From contig NC_043001.1 in assembly GCF_006345805.1 (NCBI RefSeq), positions 85,312,001 to 85,376,000 of the forward strand: a DNA stretch of 64,000 bases. Direction: 5' to 3'. Position numbers and translations under genes: made by a program. Source of the DNA: Octopus sinensis. Taxonomy: Eukaryota. Under the pieces are notes generated by a model. It worked only from the letters and a program-made list of their open reading frames with translations. It did not search any database and had not been told where the DNA came from. This document shows, in pieces, positions 13,193 to 26,872 of this stretch (the stretch's first letter is position 1; each line of letters opens with the position of its first letter).

Positions 13193-13779
13193 CTACGCTA
13201 CACTGGTTATGTATATAACTGTTGTTTTTAAGCGGTTTGATCATATATCTACGCATAGCTTTATTCTGATAAGAAGAAATTCTTGTGTATGATATCCTAT
13301 TGATGAATATGTGAATATTCCCTGGTGTGTATCTCTGCTTATTAGCCAGGGATTTCATTCAGAGGCGCCGTTTTCTTACTCTAGTGTTACTATTTGGCTC
13401 ATACGTGCAAACGTAAGCCGTGGGTGTCGTTTGATGCCTTGGTAATGAGTATATATTTGCGAAAGGGTATAATTGTGACGTTCAAAGGCTCCTTGTTAAG
13501 CCGCTGTCTTCTTGCTTCAGCTTTAGACTACTTCGGTTAGTATTAGTATTAAACGCTGTATATATCAATATTATAAAATATTTTGTTGTTAGTCAAAAAT
13601 TAATCATTCGGATTTCATCGACTATTCAGTCGTATAGCCCATGTATTAGAATAGAAAATATTATAGGCCACAAATTTATGTTCTTTTTCATTCTTGTATG
13701 ACACCGGTTGTCAAGTGGTGGAGGGCCGAGCACAGATATAAAAACACACGCACACAAACACACACACACACACACGTAC

Positions 13780-13821
<42 letters not shown>

Positions 13822-13888
13822 TTATACTATAAAATTAGATTTAATCCTAAATCTAATTTTTCCCTGTAAATTTGGATTTACTCCCTAA

Positions 13889-13961
<73 letters not shown>

Positions 13962-14057
13962 GGAAAGTTTACGAAAATAAACAAAAGACGAAGGCAGGTG
14001 GAGTACAAACAAACAAATGTATTAGTATAGCGCTCAGGAATAGAAATAGAAAAAGTA

Positions 14058-14093
14058 TTTTACGTTTCGAGCCTACGCTCTTCGACAGAAAGA
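14058..14093 (-). ncRNA. Degenerate minimal hammerhead-like motif in a PLE-type terminal fragment between (TA)n tracts
   Basis: Minus: TCTTT-CTGTCGAA-GAGC gtag GCTC-GAAA-CG-TA-AAATA. Helix II is perfect, core A6 is changed to T and helix I is imperfect. Confidence 0.45.
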
Positions 14094-14178
14094 TACACAG
14101 AAAAAAAACAAGGAGAGAAAAAAATGCGTGTAGGAGCTAACGATCTTTATATATATATATAGATAGATAGATGACAAT

Positions 14179-14395
14179 ATGTCGTAGCTGTGTGGTAAGA
14201 CGCTAGTGTGCCAACCACATGCTACCTTGAGCAAGTGTCTTCTACTATATCCTCGGTCCGACCAAAGCTTTGTGAATGGGATGAAAGAACGAAAGAAGCT
14301 CGTCGTATATATATATATATAGGAATTAGTAGAAAACACTTGCTCAAGGTAGCATGTGGTTGGCATACAAGCATCTTACCACACAGCTACGACAT
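14179..14395. repeat. Inverted pair of family B SINE head fragments (69-bp arms)
   Basis: 14179-14247 and the reverse complement of 14327-14395 differ at about 4 positions and share the same private deletion. Confidence 0.85.
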
Positions 14396-14772
14396 CCATG
14401 CCTAGATAGCGAAGTAGGAAACAGGAAATGGATAGAGATGCTACTTGACTCCCTTATATATTTTCCTCCTATTTCAGTCAGGTAGGAATGTATCTTGACC
14501 AATGCTTACTTCTGTATCTTTTGAAGAATCTTAAAACGAGTCACAGATTCTTAACATCATTCATATTTCTGACACATACGTCAGGTATAGTTCAGGAATA
14601 TAGATCCTTTCAAGAAACTGAGGTTATATAACAAGTTTCCGGTTTTGTCGATCAAGTTCTCACAATCAGTCTACTTGTCTTTGTCTTTTTCTCTGTTTCT
14701 CTTTCTCTCCTCGCTTTTCTCTCCCTTCTTTCTTTCTCCCTCTCTTCCTTTAAGATTTTCTTTGCAAATATG

Positions 14773-14838
<66 letters not shown>

Positions 14839-15773
14839 ACTTATAAGTAATGGCTAAAGAAAATTATTTCAAAGCCAATATGCTGATTTTCCACATATAA
14901 TCTACTCGCTACAGAAAAATTGAACTGAATTCGGGCAAGCTAACCGTTAGAATATTTAAATTTCGTTATCTCCATATTGAATCAATTTCGGATTTAATCT
15001 CATAAAAGATTTATTCGTCTTCAGTAGAGCTTACGAGAGAATATAAATAAGGTACTTACATGCGCCCATGGAAAAGGCCGAGCAAAAAACATGAGTACAT
15101 TTAAGTACCCCAGTTATATCTAAAAATAAAAATTCTTTGGTCAGCCTCAGAACAACGTGTTGACTGCTCGCCACTACAGATTATAGTGGTTCCAAGCCTC
15201 TATAGCGAGTAGTAATAAGTCTACTACTAATATAGGATGAAGTTTTTTTCTCTACAGAAAAGAATTACATCAAGAAATGTGGCAGCATGTACATATATGG
15301 GCGTGTGTGTATGAGTGCATAAGGGCATGTCAGTATATGAACGTGGTTTTTATGCTTTGTATACTTCCTTATGTTTTTTTTCTGTTACCTTTAACCATGG
15401 TTTTCTTGTGCTTGTGCGTATATAGACGTATGTATGAACTTTTACGGTACGCATGTGTGTGTGTACGAGTTTGTATATATATATGCGTATATATTTGGCG
15501 AAAAATGCGAGTGAAGATGTGTACGTTTTCATAGTGACGTATAAGTACGCACGTGGACATGTGAGCGTATGACTAGACATGTTTACTATGAAATTTTAAT
15601 CGTATTTTATATAAGTAGCAGAATTATAACACAGTAATTTCCCTTTATATAACGGTATTTTTTCATAGCGTTTTTTCAGATGGCCAGATAACCGAAGTGA
15701 TGGTGTTGTGGATTTCCACTTCGGCATCTGAAACTCAGAGTTTTATTTTGACTATTGAGTAGTTGTACATATA

Positions 15774-15817
<44 letters not shown>

Positions 15818-15820
15818 TAT

Positions 15821-15864
<44 letters not shown>

Positions 15865-16489
15865 ACAAATGCTTATATGATTACCATCTTATCGACAACT
15901 TCTTTGAAATTTGCCCATGTAAAAGTTGTCTTATCAGCGATCATACAATCACTTTCTCTAGTTTAATTATGGTAAGTTGTCCAAGACAAAGCCATGCTGC
16001 CTATAGTTTTGATATATTCTAAAGAGCTTTAGCAATCTGACTGCCTTAAAGCGCACTAGTGAGAAACGAATCGAATGCTTTCTTGCTGTACATTCGCACA
16101 CTAATTCCTATCGCGTCATATCAGCTTCACTACAATTTTGTCAAGTTATTACTCTGCACATTTCCTTTCTTAGAGACTGTCCGTCCAGTTTGATGCTATT
16201 GTTATTGTCATATTGTTACTAAGGGTATAGGTTCAGATATGATATACAGTTTACGTATTAAATTTTGATGTGCATTTGGACCGTATTCCCCTCCATATTT
16301 AATTTGTTATTTTGGTATCTAACTCGTTGCTGTCAATATTAATTAGCTTCTTTTATATATATACTTACTGAGAATTTGTTGGTGAAAGTTGACAATACAT
16401 CATCGACAGATGGTCAGTTTTGCACTTACAGTCTACTATAATATCTCGTCTACTTTTTCCTAATCCGGAGATTGCAAAAATTCTGCTTT

Positions 16490-17076
16490 TCTATATCTCT
16501 TATATAAAATCCGTTCTGTGTGTGTGTGGCTTCTATGATCTCGGGCATCCTCCATCCGATTTCGCTCAAATTTGATGTGTAGATACCGACGGTATCAGGG
16601 CGTGTATAAGTTTTGAAAAAATTACGAAACTCCATTCCAGGTGAGAATGCGATCGATAAAGCCGTGGGAAATCGCTTTTCTTAGGAATAGAAAAAATGTC
16701 TATCTTTATTTCTTCTTTTGCTGGTGTCTCAAATTTAGGTTAAATCAGTGTTTCTCAAAGGGGAGGCTTATGGGAATGTCGGATAAGTTGTTTTGAGGAA
16801 ATTTGGTTTAAATGTTTGACAACTCAGCACCGTCCATTGGACGGGGGGTGTTTTGTTCGTAAGTTAATAACATTCTAAATGGAATTCGCAGTCCTGAACT
16901 TAAAACTCTATAATCAAAAGAGGGCTACAATATGAATATAACAAAACCTTTGGCCAAAAATCTGTCACAAATCAAAAGACAGATGACTGAACTATCAATA
17001 AATCTACAAAGAATCCTGTTCAGAGAGATGCAGATTAATGAATTAATAGTGATTAACCAGTATGCTGCATAGCTAG
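16490..17076 (+). mobile_element. Possible non-autonomous Helitron-like element
   Basis: Starts TCTATATCTCTTATATAAAA followed by (GT)n and CCGATTTCGCTCAAATTTG, and ends in CTAG. The canonical A|T insertion site is not seen. Confidence 0.4.
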
Positions 17077-17545
17077 CAGAAACCCAATTTAAGATTAACC
17101 TTGAATCACTGCAAAGATATACAGTATTAATGATGATATCTATGACCTTATAATATAAATGAAATATATTATACGATTGTAATATTCGTGTACGAGTGTA
17201 TGTGTCTATGTGTGTGATTGTGGGTGTGTTTTGTACTTCTGTCTGAATATTTGCGTCTGCAATTTCTTAGTGTGTGTGCCTGTCTGTGTGTGTATCTGCA
17301 AAGAAAGGTGCAATGTTTGAAGAGAGAGGAAATGATATATTAGGTGTATGTGAAATGACCTTTATTAGATTTATTAGTTATTCACAAGGGTTGTGGTCAA
17401 ATTTCTGGCATTAAAGAACATAGTGTTAGAGGTTATGTGCGGAAGATATGACACTATTGTCTTTGGTTAGTTTCTCAGCGTATTTGATAAGTGATAGTGG
17501 TATTGAAACAGACGTGGTCTCAGTCACCCCTACCTTGTTTTACTC

Positions 17546-17584
<39 letters not shown>

Positions 17585-17635
17585 AACTATCTATCTATCT
17601 ATCTATCAATTTATCTATCTATCTTTCTGTTTCTT

Positions 17636-17850
17636 ATTACTTTACTGCCCACAAGGGGTAAACATAGACGGGACAAACAAGGACAGAAAAAGGCATTAAG
17701 TCGATTATATCGACCCCCATTGCGTAACTGGTACTTATTTAATCGACCCCGAAAGGATGAAAGGCAAAGTCGACCTCGGCGGAATTTGAACTCAGAACGT
17801 AACGGCAGACGAAATACGGCTACGCATTTCACCCGGCGTGCCAGCTCGCC
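17636..17850 (-). mobile_element. Family A SINE
   Basis: Reverse complement of the family A consensus (CGACCCCGAAAGGATGAAAGGCAAAGTCGACCTCGGCGGAATTTGAACTCAG). Confidence 0.85.
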
Positions 17851-18082
17851 TCCTTTTATCTATCTTCCTGTTTCTCTTTGTATATATGTGTATGTACATG
17901 TGTGCTAGTGAATGCGAAAATATGTGCATGGGTGCAGGTACATCATTGTGAACGACTTTTGATCGTTTCTGTCTCCATGAGTGAGTGACTTTGTAATTGA
18001 CAACATAATGATGCATGCAATGATTTTATGCAAATGTGTATTTGTAGGTCTGCGTGTGTATGTGTATCCGTGTGTGTGTGGA

Positions 18083-18122
<40 letters not shown>

Positions 18123-18159
18123 GTGTGTGTGTGTGTGGTGTATATATATATACATACAC

Positions 18160-18224
<65 letters not shown>

Positions 18225-19365
18225 CATATCATATTTGACGGATTTGAATAATTATTTTAATATGATATCGAAACGTTAATGGATTCTGTTGATTAGAACT
18301 AATAAAATTGCGACACTAGATAAGAACATGGGAAAATGTGCCCACAGAAATTATTTGCATAAACGGAGAAATAAACAAGCAGAAGAGGTACTATATATTC
18401 AAAAATCGTTTCGTCGTTATTTGTCCAATACAGGCAAATATAAGAAAATTAAGTTAGAATAGTCCATATAGCTTTAAACCTTTGACTGTGTAATTAAATT
18501 TTATGATCATCCCCATGATGTTATTATCCATGAAAAAAAAAAACTGACATTTTCTGGTTCTGAAACACTTTTTCAGTGTGTCTTGTAAATAACATTTTCA
18601 AATCCAAAAAGAATTTGGTTCTCGTTCTATAAAATGATAGTTGATGAAATACTAAAAAATTTAAGGAAATCTGAAAAATAGTCTTTTATATAAAGTCTCA
18701 TTTGGGGTGTCTCCGCTTCTTACAGCTTAAGAATAGTCTTTATTTTTCCAAAGTCGTTGGGGTAAAACCGCTTTCATCAATTTAAGGGAATAAAATTTTG
18801 AACGGATACCCGTTGACTAAGGGTTAACTAAGAATATCCGCACATACAAACTCCCTCCATATATATGTACATACATAACATATATATATGTATTGTACAC
18901 ATATTTACGTAGATTAACTTACTGAAACATGTACCACCTTAGCTTGTTTCAAATAAGTTTTCATATATTTTGCTTTTCATATAACTTCAAATGTTATTTT
19001 GACAGATTAATACTCAAGAGTATATGGAAAGAGAATTTCCTTGATATCTTAAGTCTCAAATCTTAATTCCACTCTTTGCCGTAAATGAAATTGTTCTGGG
19101 AAAATGTATTTGTTGTTGTTGCTGTTGTTGTTGTTGTTGTTTTTGTCGTCGTCGTCGTCGGCGACGGCCTCGTAGCTATTGTTTATCTTTGGTTTATACG
19201 TTGATTTTGTGGACGATTTAGACGTTGAAGATTTAGTCCCGACTTGTTCAGTCAATATCTGTATCATAGTTTCATGCATATCAATTCAGAAACTTATTAT
19301 CCTGCCATTATTTTTAACATTTTTCCATAAAATCAGTCTCCTTTTCTTGTCATTTGAGAAAACAG

Positions 19366-19930
19366 GAGGTGAGCTGGCAGAAACGTTAGCACGTTGGACG
19401 AAATGCTTAGCGGTATTTCATCTACTGTTACGGTCTGAGTTCAAATTCCGCCGAAGTCGACTTTGCCTTTCATCCTTTCGGGATCGATTAAATAAGTACC
19501 ATTTACGCACTGGGGTCAATATAATCGACTTAATCCGTTGTCTGTCCTTGTTCGTTCTCTTTGTGTTTAGCCCCTTGTGGGTAGTAAAGAAATAGGTAAT
19601 TCGTCTGTCGCTACGTTCTGTGTTCAAATTCTGCCGAGGTCAACTCTACCTTTCATCCTTTCGGGGTCGATTAAATAAGTACCAGTTACGCACTGGGGTC
19701 GATATAATTGACTTAATCCGTTTGCCTGTCCTTATGTGTCCCCTCTGTGTGTAGCCCGTTCTGGGCAGTAAAGAAATAGGTATTTCGCCCGTCGGTACGT
19801 TATGAGTTCAAATTCCGCCGAGACCCACTTTGTCATCAATATCGGGGTCGGTAAATTAAGTACTCGTTGCGTACTGTGACGATCTAATCGACTGGCCCCC
19901 TCCCCAAAAATGTCAGGTCTTGTGCCTCTG
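19366..19930 (+). mobile_element. Family A SINE trimer
   Basis: Internal restart motif GGTA(T/A)TTCG at 19412, 19595 and 19779. Confidence 0.85.
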
Positions 19931-21635
19931 GCAGAAAGAATTATTTGAGAAAACGAAATAATTATATAAATAAATAAATAAATAAACACTTTCAAAATTA
20001 CATTAATTTCTATCTGTAGAGGAGAATTCAGTCCATGTTAAGATTGATTTTTATCTAAATTAATTATTCTATAAAAACAATTATATCCTCACCATTATTA
20101 TTTTTCTGTGCAAACCTAATTATATTATATTATATTGCATTATATTATATTATATTATATTATATTATATTATATTATATTGTATTATATTATATTATAT
20201 TATATCATATGATCATAATGAGCAATCAAAATCTCCATTGTCCAAACATTCCACATCGACCGTCTGCAACTAAACCATTTATTTTAATCTTGGAATACTA
20301 ATTCACTTTGGCTCTTCGACTTCATTGCACCTTTTTTGTTCCTCCGTGTAACCGAACACCACATGACATTCTTTCGAAGAACTGTTCCTCTTCATTCTTT
20401 TTACTCCTAAGTGTGACAAACCGGTCTATTTTCATGTGTGGAGTATGTATACTACAGAATTACCCGATGTATCCTTTCTTTTCTATAACTTGGGGGAGAA
20501 TGGTTTTCACTTTCTAGTATTTCTCTTTCTAGGCTGTGGGAAAGAACTGTCATTGTCCACTTTTTGATGCAAGTATTTTAGATGCATGACATATATGAAT
20601 ATAGAACCCATTGCATGGCTTATATGAATATAAGATACCAGCGTTATGAGAAAACTTACATGGATCGCATTGATTAAATAAAGATTTTATTGATTATATT
20701 CACATTTTATGTATTGTGCATTATTGTTATCCTGTTGTTCATGAAAAAACTCACTTATTGAATATTTTTAATAGTATCATTAATATTCATTTTATTGTTG
20801 TAGTTGTTCATAAATGTTACGCATTTACTTCTTCATTACATCCCTTTCGAAATATAACATTAACTTTGATACACCAGTAATAAATTAGCGATATGCTTAG
20901 AATATCATAATTATAAAATTATGTCCTGTATATATGTTTTCACTGTAGCCGTACTAAACAGATGTGGCAAGAACATTTGTTGACGAAGTTAAAACTGAAG
21001 CTCTAAGACTAAGTGATGAACTTTATTTAGTAATGATACAAGAGAGTGAGATAACGGTAGGTATAATATTATTGTTGAAAATACTGTTGAAAGCATAGTA
21101 ATAATTATATTACAGATCATAATTGCAACAATAATTGCTAATTACAAAGGTAACAAGTTAAATATGTTAAGATATGAGAACAGTCGATTATATCAATCCT
21201 ACAACCTGATTACTTCGTTAAAATACTGACCTCAAAAGGTTGATGGTCAACATCGATTTTGACTGGATGTGAACTCTAAGGGAAAATACGAGAATAAACA
21301 CGCAAAACATTACCCCACATTCTAGCGATTCGAATGAAAAGTCTACTGCTCTCATCAACATGGCAATAAGTATTAATATATATTTTAGATGCTTCTAGTA
21401 CCATATATTCAATACCCTCTGATAATATAGTCATAGGTAGCAAAATATTTTAACTCTACTCTTACAAGTATTTGATGGGTATGTGGTAACAATTTTGCTT
21501 CTCAACAACAGTGTTCCAGGTTCAGTCCTACATTAGGACACTTTCTACTAGAACCTTCGACTGACCAAAACCGGGTGTGTAGATTTGTTTCGCAGAATCT
21601 AAAAGAAGACCGTAGTTTATATATATATATATATA

Positions 21636-21704
<69 letters not shown>

Positions 21705-24249
21705 TGTGTATGTGTGTGTGTGTATATATATATGTGCATATGTGGGTTTATCTTTGATTTTTTAATTCTTTCTCACCGCTGCTTGACAACAAGCGTTGGT
21801 TTGATTCCGTCTCCGTGTATTTATTTACTAGGATAATCTAAGATGATAGTATAGCTGTCCTTCAGTTTATCTCATACGTTACAGTGTCTAATGAAATTTC
21901 TAAGTTAGGGTATTACTTGCAAGCGTATTACTGCCAGCGTCAATTTTCTGTTCGAATTGACTTCATATTCAGCATAATAATACACTTTTATAGGCTAATT
22001 AATGAGGTGAATGTAATTTTTGCTATAAATCAATAAATAAAGAGTTATTAGTAATTATAGCTTAAACATTTTGGAAATTTTAGCCAATCGTAATCCACAG
22101 ACACATTCATGTTTGCTTCGATAGTAACAAGCGGACATATGGAACTCTTTTGTCTCTTGCCATAGTAACAGCTATTTACATAAAAGATAATTGCTTTCAT
22201 TCCAAATCTTTCGGCTAAAAACTGTAATATGTTTATCGCATTGTAATGTGTTTATTGTGTTGTTCATCGCATTTGCATTAAATGCATATTGAATGCTTAA
22301 ATGTTTGCATTTGTTTTTTAAGCATATTTAAATTGTAATAAAACATATTTAAATTGTTTGTTTAATGTTTGTTTCTTTTTGTCATTGCGCATTGAGGTGG
22401 TTGCGAGGTGTTCTAAAAATAACATCTAAATAAAATGTTTTGATAAATCTTTTAAATTCAAGTTTAGTTGCCAACATCTCGCCCAGACATTTAGAATTAA
22501 CTATTTTTCTCTTTTGAATTAATATAAACATTTATTTACAAAAAGAAAATTACGGGAGACATTACATGTGTTGTTTACAAATATTGATAACACGTGTTAT
22601 TTTCGAGATGTCGACCACAAAATGTGCAGTCACGCACAAAATGAGAGCTTCCAAATCCTGTTTCCTGACTGGGTGAAAAGGATCAAATTTTAAATCACTA
22701 TAACTTTTTAAAAACATTTTTCTGGGAAAAAATGAAATAACCCCAGCAATTCGGTTTGGGCAAGAGTATTATTGTGAAAAAAAGTTTTTAATTTTTGGTG
22801 AAGTTTAATTCTTAGAGCCGCTAGCAACGAAACCGAAAATACCCATTGTCTTTATCCATTGTCAGACTTCTTTAGGAGTTTGTATGATTCAAATGCTCAT
22901 CCAATTCAGAATATCCTCAGAGTTGCTATTGAGTTCAGCAAGGTCTTTACGATTTTGTTTGGCAGACCAGCAAATCGAAAACGGAAATTGAATTTCCAGG
23001 AAGGAGAAGTACTACATGAGCTATGGAACTCGACTTTCGACAAAAAATAAATATGATTGAATTATAAAATACGTTGGACACAATAACCCGACAGCTATAC
23101 ATCTGACTGACGTTTATTCTTCTCTTAATATCCATGTAAAAATGGCCATTGAAGAGAAAGAGACAAAGAGAGATTGAGAGATGATAGATGAAGTCAACTG
23201 AAGGACAAGGAGTAGTTAATGAGGACTGTTATGAATGTACTTTCCAACTCTCAGGTCTGAATACTCCTCCTCCTCCTTGATTCTAATCCTACTAAAATGT
23301 AGCAATGCTTTTATCACTACAGCATCAAAATATTTTCAGAGGAAAATGCAATAGATTTCCTTCACGTAAAATCAAAACCTAAATCTACATCAAAATTCTA
23401 ATTTGCTGATGTCATATAGATAAGCGTAAATCCTAGTGTCAATCCATAAATGCATGTTTTCACATAAGAGCTAAAATGGAAGACTTAGTAAAGAAGCAAA
23501 CTGATATGTAGAAGAGGCACCAGAAGTAGTAACGTACACATGCAGGAACGGAATATCATCACTAAATTTATATGCGTATAGAAATAGCTAGAATGCGATG
23601 GCTGAAAGCAAGAATAATCCACATAATAATAAATATGTTTGAATTTATATAAAAAAGAATGATACTGACAAATATATATATAGTACAATTTCCAAAATTT
23701 GGAAATAAAAACGAAATCAGTTTTCTCTTTTACTATAGAAAATGCCAGTCCATGTTACAGAGATTATTTTCAAAACAATTAAAAGCAGGACGGAATACAT
23801 CTATGAATGTAACTAAAGCACATACTAAACCAAATTTAATGATATGATTTTTTTTTACATAGAAACAATAAGGACATTTTAAGCGGAGGTTACAGTAATT
23901 TGCATCAGACACAAGATTAAAAAGAAATTTGATCTCGATCGAGTTGAGCGCTAAGAGCCAGAAAAAAATTCTATGAGTAAACAGTTGCATAATCAAGTAT
24001 CTGCATACCCGGAGAACTACGTTGCATGGGAACAATTGTAGTGATTAAAAAAGAAAATAATAACCGTACTCCTTCTTGTTGACTCCAAGTTTTTGCATTA
24101 TCTATCCACACAAGACGGATGCCCAAACGCAAGCGTGGAAGTACGTATATTACTACAACTGGATAGCACAGGATGGATTTATACCGTATTCTACTACGTT
24201 CTTAACAGAATATACCGTAACTATATACACTCACACACACACATACACA

Positions 24250-24324
<75 letters not shown>

Positions 24325-24329
24325 TATAT

Positions 24330-24620
24330 ACTTTATAATTAGGGTTAGCAAAGATTTGATTCACCACATACCGAAGTTTAGAAATAGCAGTCAAAAAACC
24401 TTAGCTATTTCTTCTACTTTAAAAAGGACTCCCAGAAAAACCAAAGTACTTGAAAACAATCTACGCAGGCAAAGAGGAAAAATAACGAAAATCAATCGAT
24501 ATTTGGTTACCCACGTACGCGCGTTTCGGAATTAGATCGGTATAAAGAATATAGAATCATACTTTACCCAACCATTTTGGACTCATCAGCGTGGGATTCC
24601 AACAATATTAAATATTAAAT
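24330..24620 (-). mobile_element. PLE pseudo-LTR-like fragment abutting a (TA)n tract and containing a hammerhead motif
   Basis: Shares CTGCTATTTCTAA...GTATG...CTAA.CCCT with the palindrome arms at 33949-34266; hammerhead core at 24510-24595. Confidence 0.6.
24510..24595 (-). ncRNA. Type I hammerhead ribozyme candidate with intact core
   Basis: Minus: CCCACG-CTGATGA-G[53 nt]C-GAAA-C gcgc G-TA-CGTGGG. Helix I is a perfect 6 bp; all core nucleotides, the G10.1-C11.1 pair and a GUA cleavage triplet are present. Helix II is unclear beyond the closing pair. Confidence 0.7.
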
Positions 24621-25126
24621 ATTAATTTCGAAGGCACTGGAATATATCTCTCCACCTAACGGTATCAGACAGATCATATTTAGTGCTAGTGCCGCCAAAT
24701 TCAAAATACGAATGTGTCGCCAAGTAAGATGCTACACAGAAAATTCCATTATCAATAATATATATGTATATACACACACACACACATACACCAGACACAT
24801 TGGATACTATTAACATATTGTTTACGTCTTCTGAGATTGCTTGTTATAACGTTGGTTATCTTCCTTGTGTTTTTCGTTTGTCTTCTACTTTATTAGTGTC
24901 CCCTTTTTAAACGGCATCTGCTTAAAAAAGCAACGGACAATCGATCTTTTTGTCAGCTTCAATAATGGGGAAATAAACTTATGCACCGAACAGGAACATC
25001 TTTCTAGCTGATTTTAACAAGAATTAAGGTTTATATTATAATATTACGATATTCACTCGTATAGTTACTCTCTTAGGTGATCAATATGTACTATTTTACT
25101 TTTTTTAAGTTTCACCATTTAATATA

Positions 25127-25247
25127 CAGGGTGTCCCCAAAAAATGTATACACATAGTGGTTCGGCAAAAGAGAACGATAGAATAAGTACTAGGCTTACA
25201 AAGAATAACAAATTTAAGGTGTGTATACATTTTTTTGGGACACCCTG
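25127..25247. mobile_element. 121-bp Tc1/mariner-type MITE with TA flanks
   Basis: TA-CAGGGTGTCCCCAAAAAATGTATACAC ... GTGTATACATTTTTTTGGGACACCCTG-TA; 27-bp TIRs with one mismatch. Confidence 0.88.
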
Positions 25248-25265
25248 TATATATATATATGTGTG

Positions 25266-25307
<42 letters not shown>

Positions 25308-25315
25308 CATCATCA

Positions 25316-25383
<68 letters not shown>

Positions 25384-25636
25384 TGTGTGTATATTTGTGT
25401 ATTAAAAGTGAAGTAACTTCGTGCCGCCTGTATCTGTCTTACAATTCCATTTCGCAAATTATATATGAAGAAAAACCATCGTGACTACATTTATACGAAA
25501 ACAAAAACACTTATATACATCATTCACGATGAAAGTTTTTAATGAAATTATGCCTTTTTAATACATTTTAGTAAAAAGAATGTTGTTCTGATTTTCCACT
25601 GTCCAGCGAAATCCAAATGTCATTCAAACAATTCAC

Positions 25637-25761
25637 TTGCTTCCTTGTTAACTGTAATGTCTCTGAAGAATTTTCTCCTTATTCCTTTCCATTATTTTTC
25701 GCAGTATCGAGGTTGAAATTGTCGGGAATAGTCTCCGTGCAGGGATTTCCATGAAAGAGAT
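25637..25761 (-). pseudogene. Tentative remnant of the FHG...ARVD exon of the diverged S-crystallin-like gene
   Basis: Strong acceptor TTTTTCACAG, phase-1 start, DLFHGNPCTETIPDNFNLD (FHG-x4-E-x5-F-x2-D spacing as in GFHGRNNMEMARVDFISD), one in-frame TAA, phase-0 donor CAA|GTGAAT. Similarity is weak. Confidence 0.35.
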
Positions 25762-25872
25762 CTGTGAAAAACAATGTTAGACAACAATGTATACATGTGT
25801 TCGTAAGTAGGTATGTAATATAGTATGTATGTATATACATATATCTTATTACTGTCACCGCAATCAATATGG

Positions 25873-25903
<31 letters not shown>

Positions 25904-26796
25904 ATTATACACATAATTATAATCAGGGGTCAGCTAAGTGACTCGCCACGTACTGAGTTAGAAATAGACGCTAACAGAAGCGTTGTGAGTTCAATTCCAG
26001 GACTGGGCTGTGTGTTGTGTTCTTGAGCAAGAAACTTCATTTCACGTTGCACCACTTAACTCAGCTGTAAAAATGAGTTGCGACATCACTGGTGCCAAGC
26101 CTTCTTTCTTACAATAGAGCAACATTGTTTAAAATATTTAAGTATAGTTCCACATGATAAGGCTTCCCTTGTTTCATTATCAATGGTCTGCTAGTGGGCG
26201 TTCTCCTTAATTTTCAGCTAACATCATCTTGTTTTAAGCTTTCCTTTACCAAACCTCATGATTTTGAATCTAATAAATCTTGATTTTTATGACTATACCA
26301 ACTATGATGTCTTTCTGCTCACTCAGCCCAACCCCTAACAGATACTGCCCTCTGTTCTCCCAGCCTTAGATATACAAGGGATTTGATAAACTAGTCTGAC
26401 CCCATAAAAAAAACAAAAAAAATCAATGACAGGCAGATTCTGGAACAATGTATATCTTGAAAATTCAGTAACTTCTAAACTGGAGTGAGGTAGCATGTTC
26501 TTTGTCTATCACCTTAATGTCTTGGAGATTTTAGGTATAATTATACTAATGTGTCCATCTGTTCTAATTTAATTAAATTCTATGTCTTTTTGCAGCTGAA
26601 GATTGCTCTGCATTTTAAATTGATGTAATGATTGCATTGTTTAATTAAATGGATTTGCATGAAACGATCGTACAGCATTAACTCTTGATATCGCTGTTGC
26701 TTATTTTGATTTTAATTACCTTACTGTGAAATTGTATGGTTAATAACGTACTAAATTATGGTGCCTTAACTTAAGTATCATGTTCATCTGAATCTA

Positions 26797-26864
<68 letters not shown>

Positions 26865-26872
26865 TATATATA

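Noticed and set aside
20430-20545. Strong minus acceptor TTCTTTCCCACAG as a candidate fifth exon of the diverged paralogue
   Set aside because: The expected phase-0 frame stops after 8 codons, and similarities in other frames (LEREILES, KTILPQVIEK) are too weak.
20962-21056. Plus-strand exon candidate CAG|(D)VARTFVDEVKTEALRLSDELYLVMIQESEIT|GTAGGT
   Set aside because: No recognisable homology and no phase-compatible partner exons could be established.
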